Shown: positions 17,310 to 26,786 of the stretch, piece after piece
How the letters are laid out: each line of letters begins with the position of its first letter
How positions within the stretch are numbered: position 1 is the stretch's first letter
Origin: Bacteroidales bacterium
GTDB taxonomy: Bacteria; Bacteroidota; Bacteroidia; Bacteroidales; UBA4181
Direction of reading: 5' to 3'
Assembly (NCBI GenBank): GCA_031551935.1
Contig: JAVBMZ010000088.1
Span: 1-54,649, forward strand
DNA: 54,649 nt
The notes under the pieces: model-generated
Told to the model about the DNA's origin: nothing
The model's input: only the letters and a program-made list of their open reading frames with translations
Databases searched by the model: none
Program-made: the position numbers and the translations under genes

Positions 17310-18207
17310 CTGCCTCCATCTGAGCACGGGATTTACTTTTGTTGACAATATATACACCCGTAAACACCAATACTGCTGCAACGCATTTTACCCAAGTAAA
17401 GGTATCCTGCAAAACGATAACGGCGATAATCGACGCAACTAATGGTTGCACATAATTATACATACTCATGGTAGTCGGACGCAATCTTTTCAACGACATC
17501 GGTATCAGCAAATAAGGAATAAAAGTACCAAATATCAAGGCGTAAGAAATCTGCATCCATAGTTTTGTGTCAATTTCCCAGTAAGGAATTGCAGTTAATT
17601 CCCTAATACCGGTAGGAAACAGAAAAGCTGTCGAAAATAGAAAGGTCCATTTCATAATGGTAACAGACGAATAACGTTGTACCAATGGTTTAGAAATCAC
17701 TAAGTAAATAGCGTACGACAGGCAACTGAGCATGCAGAGCAAATCACCGTGTAAGCCATTTCCACCGATAGTGTGGTGAGAACCAGACATAATCAACAAT
17801 AATGCACCAAAGGCACCGACCAGAACTCCGGTAACTTTTGTTGGCGTAATGGGTTCTTTGAGTACAAGCGCAGCAATAAGCATCACTATCACGGGAGTAG
17901 ACGTCGTAATGATAGATGCATCGATAGGTGAAGTCTGTGCCAAACCAACGATAAAAGACAATTGATTAAGTACCATGCCAAAAAATGCACATACCAAAAG
18001 TAATCCAAGATCAGATTTTTGAACAAGCCGTTCACGGGGAAGCAACAAGGAAGCTATCCAAAAACACAGGCAAGCAAAGGAAGCCCGGGCAAGCGACCAC
18101 CCGAAAGGCCCTATCGAAGCCAACAGACTCTTAGAAATGGGGATATTCAGTCCAAAAAATACATTTGTAGCCAATGCTATTAAATGCCCTTTCGTTTTTT
18201 CATTCAT
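17284..18207 (-). CDS. DMT superfamily (EamA-like) transporter
   Basis: 307 aa with about 10 hydrophobic helices in a two-repeat EamA-like layout. Confidence 0.7.
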   Translation of the reverse strand: MNEKTKGHLIALATNVFFGLNIPISKSLLASIGPFGWSLARASFACLCFWIASLLLPRERLVQKSDLGLLLVCAFFGMVLNQLSFIVGLAQTSPIDASIITTSTPVIVMLIAALVLKEPITPTKVTGVLVGAFGALLLIMSGSHHTIGGNGLHGDLLCMLSCLSYAIYLVISKPLVQRYSSVTIMKWTFLFSTAFLFPTGIRELTAIPYWEIDTKLWMQISYALIFGTFIPYLLIPMSLKRLRPTTMSMYNYVQPLVASIIAVIVLQDTFTWVKCVAAVLVFTGVYIVNKSKSRAQMEAEKQKDNTV

Positions 18208-18534
18208 ACCCGAAATATTTATCCAAAAATATAAATGCCCATATTATATAGATTCCAATATCTCTGATTCCATGATTCCAACATTTGTTTTTGGTTATCA
18301 TCCATTAAAGTGTTTTATCTGTAACCATTGATGAGAAATTATCCATGTTATCTGTTTTTCAACTTCAATGTTTTATTTAATACTAACCATACCATACCGT
18401 ATAGTGTAGTCAGCAAATGGGCACGCTAAAAAATAACCACATTACTGATTGACATAACATATTGTTTTTTCACATTATTGAATTTTGAACAGTAAATCTT
18501 TGTATGGAATTTATTTAACCTATTATGTACACAT

Positions 18535-18565
18535 TAAAAAAGGCTACCTGATGGGCAGCCTTTTC
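18535..18565 (-). terminator. Intrinsic terminator downstream of rplT
   Basis: The minus-strand RNA is AAAAGGCUGCC-CAUCA-GGUAGCCUUUUUU. The single imperfect position is a G.U wobble only on the minus strand, which matches the rplT orientation. Confidence 0.7.
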
Positions 18566-18600
18566 GAACTATGAATCCAATATAAATGTAAAATGATTAT

Positions 18601-18945
18601 CTACTTGACTGCTTTTACAACGGCTTCGAATGCTTTGGGATGATTCATTGCCAGGTCGGCCAGCACTTTACGGTTGAGCGCTACCCCAGTCTGATTGATT
18701 TTTCCCATGAATTCCGAATAAGACATATCGAACGGCCTGACGCCTGCGTTGATACGTTGTATCCATAAAGCGCGGAAACTACGTTTTTTGTTGCGGCGGT
18801 CGCGGTAAGCATATTGTTGACCTTTTTCCCAAGTATTCTTGGCTACGGTCCATACATTTTTACGGGCTAAAAAATTACCCCGCGTAAGTTTAAGAAGTTT
18901 TTTACGGCGTGCACGTGACGCTACTGAATTTACTGATCTTGGCAT
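18601..18945 (-). CDS. rplT: 50S ribosomal protein L20
   Basis: [30 protein letters not shown]... is a typical L20 N-terminus, and the gene sits in the infC-rpmI-rplT context. Confidence 0.95.
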   Translation of the reverse strand: MPRSVNSVASRARRKKLLKLTRGNFLARKNVWTVAKNTWEKGQQYAYRDRRNKKRSFRALWIQRINAGVRPFDMSYSEFMGKINQTGVALNRKVLADLAMNHPKAFEAVVKAVK

Positions 18946-19078
18946 GATTTCAAATTTTCGAATGGTCAGCGTTCTTTTTTGAAAGACTCTTTATGGCTGA
19001 TTCACTCTTGATGATTACTATACTATTTTTGATTTTCAATTTTCGATTGACAATTAAAAATCATCAATCAAAAATGGC

Positions 19079-19276
19079 TTACTTCATTGCAAGCATTTTC
19101 TTTACATTACCCTCGTCGGATTTATCTACCAACCCCATGTGGGTAAGGTTACGTTTTTGCTTGATCGTTTTCTTGGTCAATATATGACTTTTGAAAGCGT
19201 GTTTGCGTTTGATTTTACCGGTTCCGGTGAGTGCGAATCTCTTCTTGGCACCGGAATTTGTTTTCATTTTTGGCAT
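19079..19276 (-). CDS. rpmI: 50S ribosomal protein L35
   Basis: [36 protein letters not shown]. Confidence 0.95.
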   Translation of the reverse strand: MPKMKTNSGAKKRFALTGTGKIKRKHAFKSHILTKKTIKQKRNLTHMGLVDKSDEGNVKKMLAMK

Positions 19277-19321
19277 TTGCTTACTTTTATTTAACTTACA
19301 TTTATATGGATATTCAATAGG

Positions 19322-19876
19322 TTATTTCTTTTTGGGCTTAGGCGATAAGAACATGATCATCCGTTTACCTTCAAGTTTTGGCATTTGATCTACTTTGCCA
19401 TATTCCTCCAAGTCTTGAGCAAAACGTAAAAGAAGAATTTCGCCCTGTTCCTTGTATACAATGGAGCGTCCCTTGAAAAACACAAACGCTTTTACTTTAG
19501 CTCCTTCTTCAAGGAAATTAATAGCATGCTTCAATTTAAAATTATAATCGTGATCATCAGTATTCGGCCCGAAACGTATTTCTTTCACCACGACTTTGAC
19601 CGTTTTGGCTTTAATTTCTTTCTGTTTCTTTTTTTGTTGATACAAAAATTTTTGATAATCAACAATCCTACATACAGGAGGCTCTGCCGTGGGAGAAATT
19701 TCCACCAAATCCAATTCTAATTCTTCGGCCATTTTCAATGCCGTAGCAATAGGAACTATCTGATTAGGATTTTCGACGTTGTCGCCGACCAATCGAATAG
19801 TTTTCGCACGTATTTCACGATTGATTTTCAGTTCGGGCGTAGCCGATTTTTGAGGTCTGGGTTGTGGATATGCCAT
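19322..19876 (-). CDS. infC: Translation initiation factor IF-3
   Basis: [16 protein letters not shown]... and the C-terminal domain [17 protein letters not shown], located directly downstream of thrS. Confidence 0.9.
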   Translation of the reverse strand: MAYPQPRPQKSATPELKINREIRAKTIRLVGDNVENPNQIVPIATALKMAEELELDLVEISPTAEPPVCRIVDYQKFLYQQKKKQKEIKAKTVKVVVKEIRFGPNTDDHDYNFKLKHAINFLEEGAKVKAFVFFKGRSIVYKEQGEILLLRFAQDLEEYGKVDQMPKLEGKRMIMFLSPKPKKK

Positions 19877-19947
19877 CTAAAATTTAGCAGGGTTATACAA
19901 ATCAGTATTTTACGAAATATTTTTGATGATTTTGATGTTACAAATAT

Positions 19948-21891
19948 TTACAATGAACTCATTTGTCGGTCTACTTCTTCTTGCAATAGACTGGCAAATT
20001 CTTTCATGGGCATGGCGCCTTTGTCGCCTTCTCCTTGTTTACGAACAGAAACACTTTGGTCTTGTTCTTCTTTTTCACCAACCACCAACAGGTAAGGAAT
20101 ACGCTTTAATTCATTATCACGTATCTTCTTGCCTATCTTTTCGTTTCTATCGTCAATGAAGGTGCGAATATCGCAATTATTTAAATAATCAACAACTTTT
20201 TTTGCGTAATCGTTAAATTTTTCACTAAGAGGCATGACCACTACCTGATCGGGTGTAAGCCACAGTGGAAATTTACCGGCGGTATGTTCCAATAGCACCG
20301 CTACGAAACGTTCCATTGAACCAAAGGGGGCACGGTGAATCATCACCGGACGGTGTTTTTGATTGTCGGCGCCGGTATAATCCAGTTCAAAGCGTTCTGG
20401 CAGATTATAATCCACTTGGATAGTTCCTAATTGCCATTTACGACCGATGGCATCACGCACCATAAAATCAAGTTTCGGACCATAAAATGCAGCTTCGCCA
20501 AGTTCTACCACTGTATTAAGACCTTTTTCGGCAGCAGCTTCAATGATGGCTGCTTCAGCTTTCTCCCAATTTTCGTCACTACCAATATACTTTTCTTTGT
20601 TTTCGGGATCACGCAACGACACTTGTGCAATAAAATCATGAAAATCCAATGCTTTGAAAATACGGAAAATAATCTCAATCACTTTGATAAATTCCTCTTT
20701 CAACTGGTCAGGACGACAGAAAATATGTGCGTCATCCTGGGTAAACCCACGAACACGGGTTAATCCATGCAATTCGCCGCTTTGTTCGTAACGATATACT
20801 GTGCCGAACTCTGCAAAACGCACTGGTAAATCCTTATACGAACGTGGCTTGAATTTATACATTTCACAATGGTGCGGGCAATTCATGGGTTTCAACAAAA
20901 ATTCCTCACCTTCCTGAGGTGTGGTAATAGGCCGGAAACTGTCTTTACCATATTTTTCGTAATGTCCTGAAGTTACATACAGTTCCTTTTGCCCGATATG
21001 CGGCGTGATCACTTGTTCGTAACCATATTCTTTTTGTACATTCCTAAGGAAATTTTCCAGCCGTTCGCGAAGTTTGGCCCCTTTGGGCAACCACATCGGT
21101 AAACCTTGTCCTACCTTTTGCGAAAACATGAATAATTCCAATTCACGGCCTAACTTCCGATGATCGCGCAACTTGGCCTCTTCCAGCATTTTCAGATAGT
21201 CGTCCAACATCTTTTGCTTCGGGAAAGTAATACCATACACGCGCGTAAGCTGTTTGCGATGCTCGTCGCCACGCCAATAAGCGCCAGCAATACTCAACAA
21301 TTTAATGGCTTTTATTTGTGAAGTATCCGGTAAATGAGGCCCACGACACAAGTCGGTGAAGATTCCCTGGCTGTAAAATGAAATGGTGCCGTCTGCCAAA
21401 TCGGAAATCAGTTCGGTTTTGTATTCATCTCCTTTTTTGGCAAAATAGTCCAAAGCTTCGGCTTTTGAAACCTCGCGACGTTTGTATGATTCCTTGCTAC
21501 GTGCAAGTTCCATCATTTTTTGTTCGATCTTAGGCAAGTCCGCATCAGTCAAATGACGATCATTTCCTAAGTCGATATCATAATAAAAACCATTTTCAAT
21601 GGCCGGACCAATACCAAATTTAGTTCCCGGGTATAACGCTTCAATGGCCTCAGCCATCAGATGCGACGACGAATGCCAAAACGCATGTTTGCCTTCGGCA
21701 TCATCCCACTTATAAAGTTTCAGCGAAGCATCTTCGTTGATGGGGCGCGTCAGGTCATATGTTTCGCCATTGACGCTGGCAGCCAATACTTCTTCGGCCA
21801 ACCTGTGGCTAATGCCCTGCGCAATCTCCAGCGCTGTGATTCCTTGATGGTACTCCTTGACGTTGCCGTCCGGAAAAGTAATTTTAATCAT
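19948..21891 (-). CDS. thrS: Threonyl-tRNA synthetase
   Basis: TGS start [14 protein letters not shown], and class II core motifs ([39 protein letters not shown]). The track ORF extends to 21936, but I prefer the MIKITF start at 21891. Confidence 0.95.
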   Translation of the reverse strand: MIKITFPDGNVKEYHQGITALEIAQGISHRLAEEVLAASVNGETYDLTRPINEDASLKLYKWDDAEGKHAFWHSSSHLMAEAIEALYPGTKFGIGPAIENGFYYDIDLGNDRHLTDADLPKIEQKMMELARSKESYKRREVSKAEALDYFAKKGDEYKTELISDLADGTISFYSQGIFTDLCRGPHLPDTSQIKAIKLLSIAGAYWRGDEHRKQLTRVYGITFPKQKMLDDYLKMLEEAKLRDHRKLGRELELFMFSQKVGQGLPMWLPKGAKLRERLENFLRNVQKEYGYEQVITPHIGQKELYVTSGHYEKYGKDSFRPITTPQEGEEFLLKPMNCPHHCEMYKFKPRSYKDLPVRFAEFGTVYRYEQSGELHGLTRVRGFTQDDAHIFCRPDQLKEEFIKVIEIIFRIFKALDFHDFIAQVSLRDPENKEKYIGSDENWEKAEAAIIEAAAEKGLNTVVELGEAAFYGPKLDFMVRDAIGRKWQLGTIQVDYNLPERFELDYTGADNQKHRPVMIHRAPFGSMERFVAVLLEHTAGKFPLWLTPDQVVVMPLSEKFNDYAKKVVDYLNNCDIRTFIDDRNEKIGKKIRDNELKRIPYLLVVGEKEEQDQSVSVRKQGEGDKGAMPMKEFASLLQEEVDRQMSSL

Positions 21892-22155
21892 ATATTTTTC
21901 TTTTCTAAGAGGATGCAAAGGTATTTTTTTTACCAAAAGTTTGCAAATTATTCTCTATCTTCGAAAGGGTAAACGCATCTAATTTTGTTTTTATTCATAC
22001 TGTGCCTGTAATCATCAGTATTGATGTTCAAAAAGCCTATATTTTCACGGCTTCACCGTTTGTCCAAAAATTAACTTTTTGAATAACCTCAACCCGTTTT
22101 GGACACGGTTCGTCTGTGAGTCGCACAACTTCCTTTCCTTTGGGGAGAGAGGCCT

Positions 22156-22322
22156 CTATAAAATAGCTATTGTTGACAATTTTATAGCTTTTTTTAGCTA
22201 TTTTATAGCGAAAGATCGCTATAAATATGTTATTTTTAGCTATGATATAGTGGTCTTCCGCTATATAATAGCGGAACTTAGCTATTCTTTATTGGTTTTA
22301 TAAATCAATATATCAGATATTT
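22156..22322 (+). repeat. Dispersed phased-palindrome element, copy 1 (chain of ATAGC/GCTAT half-sites)
   Basis: TAGC/TAGT cores at 22164, 22185, 22195, 22206, 22237, 22248, 22269 and 22279, giving spacings of 21, 10, 11, 31, 11, 21, 10. Overlapping palindromes include ATAGCT-T6-AGCTAT, GCTAT-TTT-ATAGC, ATAGCGA-AAGA-TCGCTAT and CCGCTAT-ATA-ATAGCGG. It is homologous to the reverse complement of 32979..33150. Confidence 0.8.
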
Positions 22323-22451
22323 CGTACTGTACGTCGAAGTTTTCAGCATCGGCGCAACAAATAAGTGGTTCTTCAGGCGACTCGCAGCCGGCCTTGCCGG
22401 ACTTCATATGTATGAACCGGCGATTGTTCTTCGACGAATTTCGGCACGTAC

Positions 22452-22973
22452 TCAAAAAATCTGTTGTATTTCCCTTTTGAGTTCGTAAATAGCCTTTTCA
22501 GTCGGTGGTTGTTCCAGTCCCATGGTCATATTGAGGATAGTTCTACTCAATTCGATAGAAGGAGCTCCGTCCTCAACATCTTTTGCAGCGTTGTTGATCA
22601 GTGTAACGGTATAATTCTTGGCATTCTTCACGCTTTCCCATGCTTCTGGAGATAAATACAATTGTTGTGACAGGTTGTGCTCAAATTCAGCGCGAATCGT
22701 TTGCAATAGTTCCGCATGTAATTGTGCACATGTGCTGACCGGATAATTAGCACGCATCACCAATGATTCCGGCGAAATACGTTCTAAAAATAGTATCAAC
22801 CGCTCGTATGCCTGTAATCGGATGGGCGTAATCAGCTTTTGATTTCCCCTGATAACTTTTAATTTTTGGCGGCTTTCGCTGTTACGGAAAAAACTTCCTA
22901 CAATGTAGTAAATGGCCATCAACATGATGATAGATGGCAATGTGATCTTGATAATTTCAATAAAGTCTTTCAT
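22452..22973 (-). CDS. Hypothetical N-terminally membrane-anchored protein
   Basis: 173-aa ORF with the TM segment LPSIIMLMAIYYIVGSFF. Confidence 0.6.
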   Translation of the reverse strand: MKDFIEIIKITLPSIIMLMAIYYIVGSFFRNSESRQKLKVIRGNQKLITPIRLQAYERLILFLERISPESLVMRANYPVSTCAQLHAELLQTIRAEFEHNLSQQLYLSPEAWESVKNAKNYTVTLINNAAKDVEDGAPSIELSRTILNMTMGLEQPPTEKAIYELKREIQQIF

Positions 22974-23064
22974 TATTTTTAGGTTTCAAATGTGAAATTT
23001 CCAAATTTCCGATTGAACAGTTTTACCAATATTTAAAGTTCAACCGGAAATTTGAACCGTTTCA

Positions 23065-23574
23065 CTACCAGTGATTCAAATGTATCCGTTCCGGGTAAAA
23101 ACGTTCAGGTTGTGGTAATTGTTGATCTGGATATCCCACCGAGATGATGGAAAAAGCGTGAATGTATGCTGGCAGGCTGAGCAACTCTTTCATAGCTGAC
23201 ACTCGTTCGGGGCGGGGATATATGCCAAGCCAGACAGCGCCAAATCCCATACCATGTGCCGCCAAAAGGATGTTCTCAGTAGCAGCGGCACAATCCACCG
23301 GCCAATAATCAGGCGTGTGGGCTAATTGTTCATCACCGCATACCACAATACCCCATTGGGCATGTTCCAGCATTTTGGTATATGGTTGGAACTCCAAGAT
23401 TTTTTTGAAAATTTCCTTGTCATTCAATAAGATAAAATGCCAAGGTTGCTTGTTACGTGCTGAAGGTGCATACATGCCGTATTTGATCAGTTCTTCGATT
23501 TGTTCGCGCGTAATCACCTTGTCGGTATATTTCCTGATACTGCGCCGGGAAAGAATTCCTGTTAATATGTCCAT
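23065..23574 (-). CDS. Nitroreductase family protein
   Basis: ILSRRSIRKYTDK...APSARNKQPWHFILL is a typical nitroreductase signature. Confidence 0.8.
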   Translation of the reverse strand: MDILTGILSRRSIRKYTDKVITREQIEELIKYGMYAPSARNKQPWHFILLNDKEIFKKILEFQPYTKMLEHAQWGIVVCGDEQLAHTPDYWPVDCAAATENILLAAHGMGFGAVWLGIYPRPERVSAMKELLSLPAYIHAFSIISVGYPDQQLPQPERFYPERIHLNHW

Positions 23575-23642
23575 AGATTATTTTTTCAATCAATCATTTT
23601 AACGACACCTGGCCATAAAGGTCAGCGTCATATGAGGTTATT

Positions 23643-24917
23643 CTATTGCAATGCTTGATATACCGTATTGAGAAATTTTTCCCAAACTTTGGTATCGGGG
23701 ACACGGTTGGTATACAACAAAATAATCAATCCTTCTTTTGGATCGATCAAATAGTCGGTATTATACATACCGCCCCATTGGAGCGATCCTGGAGACACCA
23801 TCGGCGTAAAATTGGCAACACCTTTACGTTCTGTCTCCTTGCAGGGATAGATTTCGAATCCTAGTCCAAAATGAAAATCTGGTCCTCCGTTGTTGGGATG
23901 AGGAAGTTGGTCGACACTCATCATTTCGATGGTACGCCGGCCCAGGATGCGCTTTCCGTTGAATGTACCATAGTTGAGAATCATTTGGCAAAAACGGGCA
24001 TAATCTTCAATCGGACCGTTCAATCCGGTTCCCGCTTGACAATAGCGGGTGTCAGCGGAAAACGGATTTCTGCCACTCCATACGTCGCTTTGAGGTACCA
24101 ATTTGCCGTCTTTCTCGTTATATGCAGTGACCATCCGCGAACGATAGCTTTCGGGATAGTACCAATCAGAGTTGCTCATGCCCAATGGATTCAGGATGGT
24201 TTCTTTTACATAGTCGCGCAGCGATTTTCCCGAAAAATATTCCACCAAATAACCCCATACATCCGATGCAGGGTGATAGTTCCACTGCGTGCCAGGATCG
24301 AAAGCCAAAGGAAGTTGTACCAGATCTTTGACCTCTTCGGCCAGAGTCTCGTATGGTTTGTTGTTGCGTTTCTTTATCTGTTCCTGTCGAAGTGTCTGTA
24401 ATTCGCGGGTACCCATGATACCCGACGTATGACTGAGCAGATGCCGGATGGTGAGTGGCGAAGCGGCAGGACGTGTAGTGTATGTCCCGTCTGGTTTTAA
24501 CTGCACCAATACCAGATCAGTGCATTCAGGAATATATTTCGAAACAGGATCGTCTAATTGGAATTTACCCTGTTCAAACAAGGTCATCAGTGCTACCGTG
24601 GTAACAGCCTTGGTTTGGGAATAGTTCCGGAAGATATCATCTTTTTTCAGCGCTTTCTTACTTTCGATATCGCTCCATCCAAACGCTTTATAGTGAATCA
24701 CTACGCCATTTTTTGCGACAAAAGTAAGTGCTTGGGGAATGATTCCTTTATCAACATATTCCTGTAACAATTGATCAATATAGGATAAACGGTCAGCAGA
24801 TACGTGCAATGCCTGGGGAATGGTAGTTGCATATTCGAATTTTTGCGGTTTAGGCTGTGCCAATGCAACATAAAAAGTGCAACATAGAGTAATAAAAAAA
24901 GCGAATGATGTTTTCAT
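23643..24917 (-). CDS. Serine hydrolase of the beta-lactamase/PBP4*-like family, secreted
   Basis: SxxK motif YSQTKAVT and signal peptide MKTSFAFFITLCCTFYVALAQ. I prefer the start at 24917 over the track start at 24974. Confidence 0.75.
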   Translation of the reverse strand: MKTSFAFFITLCCTFYVALAQPKPQKFEYATTIPQALHVSADRLSYIDQLLQEYVDKGIIPQALTFVAKNGVVIHYKAFGWSDIESKKALKKDDIFRNYSQTKAVTTVALMTLFEQGKFQLDDPVSKYIPECTDLVLVQLKPDGTYTTRPAASPLTIRHLLSHTSGIMGTRELQTLRQEQIKKRNNKPYETLAEEVKDLVQLPLAFDPGTQWNYHPASDVWGYLVEYFSGKSLRDYVKETILNPLGMSNSDWYYPESYRSRMVTAYNEKDGKLVPQSDVWSGRNPFSADTRYCQAGTGLNGPIEDYARFCQMILNYGTFNGKRILGRRTIEMMSVDQLPHPNNGGPDFHFGLGFEIYPCKETERKGVANFTPMVSPGSLQWGGMYNTDYLIDPKEGLIILLYTNRVPDTKVWEKFLNTVYQALQ

Positions 24918-25019
24918 AAGCGATGAATGATTAACAATTAAATAATGACGTAAATGATACAAAACCAGCATCAAGCAAGCATATCAATGTATGGCATGTG
25001 ACAAACTTGTTGTGGCAGG

Positions 25020-25667
25020 TTATTTATGTATCCATATATCATCATAATACAATTCAAGTTTATCGGCAACTACATTATTATCGTTCTGAATTATAGTCTT
25101 TTCTATTTCAACATTCTTATTATCTATCCAATTAATTTTAGATGGGCCCCAATCATCCGGATAAAGTTCATACTCTTTGATAAAAGAACCATTTTTTATT
25201 TGATAAATCACGAATCCATTATCCGAATATCCAGCTTCAAGGTCAACATTATAAGATATGATTCTTTTTTTGTCTGGTGATATTTGAATTAATCCAGGTA
25301 TATCAATTGAATTACCAGTAATCTTATGAATCAATACATATGAAAGGCCTTCATAGTGTTGGATGGTAATTAAATAAGAATTGATATCTTTAAAGTAATC
25401 TCGAAACGTATACCATTTACCATCATCTGTTTCTTTATCTGCATCTTTAAATATTAAATTATCAGATTTATCAATAGTAATTATTAGTTGATCATTGTCT
25501 CTTTTTACTATCTTGTTAAATCTTTTAAGTTGATATTCTTCAATCTTTTGTGAGCACTCGTATGAATTACCAATATCATTACAGATTGTAGAAAAATCAA
25601 TTTCGCTCGTTCTGTTACAAGCAATATTTAAGATGAGCAATACAAATAAAATATACTTCATATTCAA
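25020..25667 (-). CDS. Hypothetical lipoprotein encoded by a markedly AT-rich gene
   Basis: 215-aa ORF with signal and lipobox FVLLILNIACN. The composition is visibly more AT-rich than both neighbours. Confidence 0.6.
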   Translation of the reverse strand: MNMKYILFVLLILNIACNRTSEIDFSTICNDIGNSYECSQKIEEYQLKRFNKIVKRDNDQLIITIDKSDNLIFKDADKETDDGKWYTFRDYFKDINSYLITIQHYEGLSYVLIHKITGNSIDIPGLIQISPDKKRIISYNVDLEAGYSDNGFVIYQIKNGSFIKEYELYPDDWGPSKINWIDNKNVEIEKTIIQNDNNVVADKLELYYDDIWIHK

Positions 25668-25753
25668 AATTTTTGGCCAGATGTCATTTTTAAATTGGCC
25701 ACAACATGATGTTGGTGGTAAACATATTCCGATTTTTTAAAGGCTGATCGATA

Positions 25754-26707
25754 CTAAACGATATTTAGCTTTGTCAAGCACTCCGTTACATTCCTTTCAA
25801 TACGTTGTGCTAAGTTCCCGATATCGCTTCTTTGAAAAGGTTCGCCGGTAATGTTTTCATACAATTCGATGTAACGTTCCGACACTTGATGGACATATTC
25901 ATCAGTCATTTCGGGAACCTGTTGGCCTTCCTGCCCTTGAAATCCGTTTTCGATAAGCCACTGGCGTACAAATTCTTTCGACAGTTGTTTTTGTTGCTCT
26001 CCTTTAGCCAAACGCTCTTCGTAACCTTTAGCGTAGAAATAACGCGACGAATCCGGCGTATGTATCTCGTCTATCAAATAAATCTTGCCGTCCCTTTTTC
26101 CGAACTCATACTTGGTATCAACCAGTATCAACCCTTTTTCAGCCGCCATCTGGGTTCCTCGTGCAAACAAGGCCTGTGTGTATTTTTCCAATTGAACATA
26201 ATCTGTTTCCGACACAAGTCCCTGTTCGATAATTTCTTCACGCGAAATATCCAAGTCATGTCCTTCTGCCGCTTTAGTCGTTGGAGTGATGATCGGGCGG
26301 TCGAATTTTTGATTTTCTTTCATCCCGTCGGGAAGCGGAATGCCACATAAAACACGATTACCATCTCTATATTCGCGCCAAGCGTGCCCTGTGAGATAAC
26401 CGCGGATGACCATCTCCACTTTAAATGGATCGCAACGAACGCCAACGGTTACCATCGGATCAGGCGAAGCTACTTTCCAGTTAGGAACAATATCGGCAGT
26501 GGCATCCAAGAATTTGGCGGCAATTTGATTCAAAACCTGCCCCTTGTATGGAATACCTTTAGGTAATACCACGTCGAATGCAGAAATACGATCGCTGACC
26601 ACCATCACCAAATAACGGTTGTCAATATCATAAACGTCCCTTACTTTTCCTACGTAAAGGCCTTTTTGTTTTGGAAAATGAAAATCAGTTTTTACTAATG
26701 CGTTCAT
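25754..26707 (-). CDS. purC: Phosphoribosylaminoimidazole-succinocarboxamide (SAICAR) synthase
   Basis: GKVRDVYDI...[13 protein letters not shown] and [11 protein letters not shown]. Confidence 0.9.
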   Translation of the reverse strand: MNALVKTDFHFPKQKGLYVGKVRDVYDIDNRYLVMVVSDRISAFDVVLPKGIPYKGQVLNQIAAKFLDATADIVPNWKVASPDPMVTVGVRCDPFKVEMVIRGYLTGHAWREYRDGNRVLCGIPLPDGMKENQKFDRPIITPTTKAAEGHDLDISREEIIEQGLVSETDYVQLEKYTQALFARGTQMAAEKGLILVDTKYEFGKRDGKIYLIDEIHTPDSSRYFYAKGYEERLAKGEQQKQLSKEFVRQWLIENGFQGQEGQQVPEMTDEYVHQVSERYIELYENITGEPFQRSDIGNLAQRIERNVTECLTKLNIV

Positions 26708-26786
26708 GTTTTATGATTTCAAGTTTGGTGTTCCGGGTTTTGGTCTACAAGCTTTATGAGTACTCCACCCGAAACTTTAAGCGTCT

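Noticed and set aside
22079-22303. 74-aa plus-strand ORF with a repetitive translation (..IAIVDNFIAFFSYFIAKDRYKY..), and the analogous 159-aa ORF at 32981..33460
   Set aside because: Both simply read through the ATAGC/GCTAT repeat element. The second also runs antisense into the alpha/beta hydrolase gene. The peptide periodicity mirrors the DNA repeat rather than protein features.
22156-22322. A CRISPR array
   Set aside because: The repeat units are only 5-7 nt half-sites at 10-21 bp spacing with no unique spacers of 25-40 nt, and no cas genes are in the window.
22283-22408. 41-aa minus-strand ORF (MKSGKAGCESPEEPLICCADAENFDVQYEISDILIYKTNKE) in a locally GC-richer patch with a small CCGGC-CTT-GCCGG hairpin
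   Set aside because: It is very short with no recognisable family, and it ends inside the repeat element. I cannot distinguish it from chance without conservation data, so I am not reporting it as a feature.
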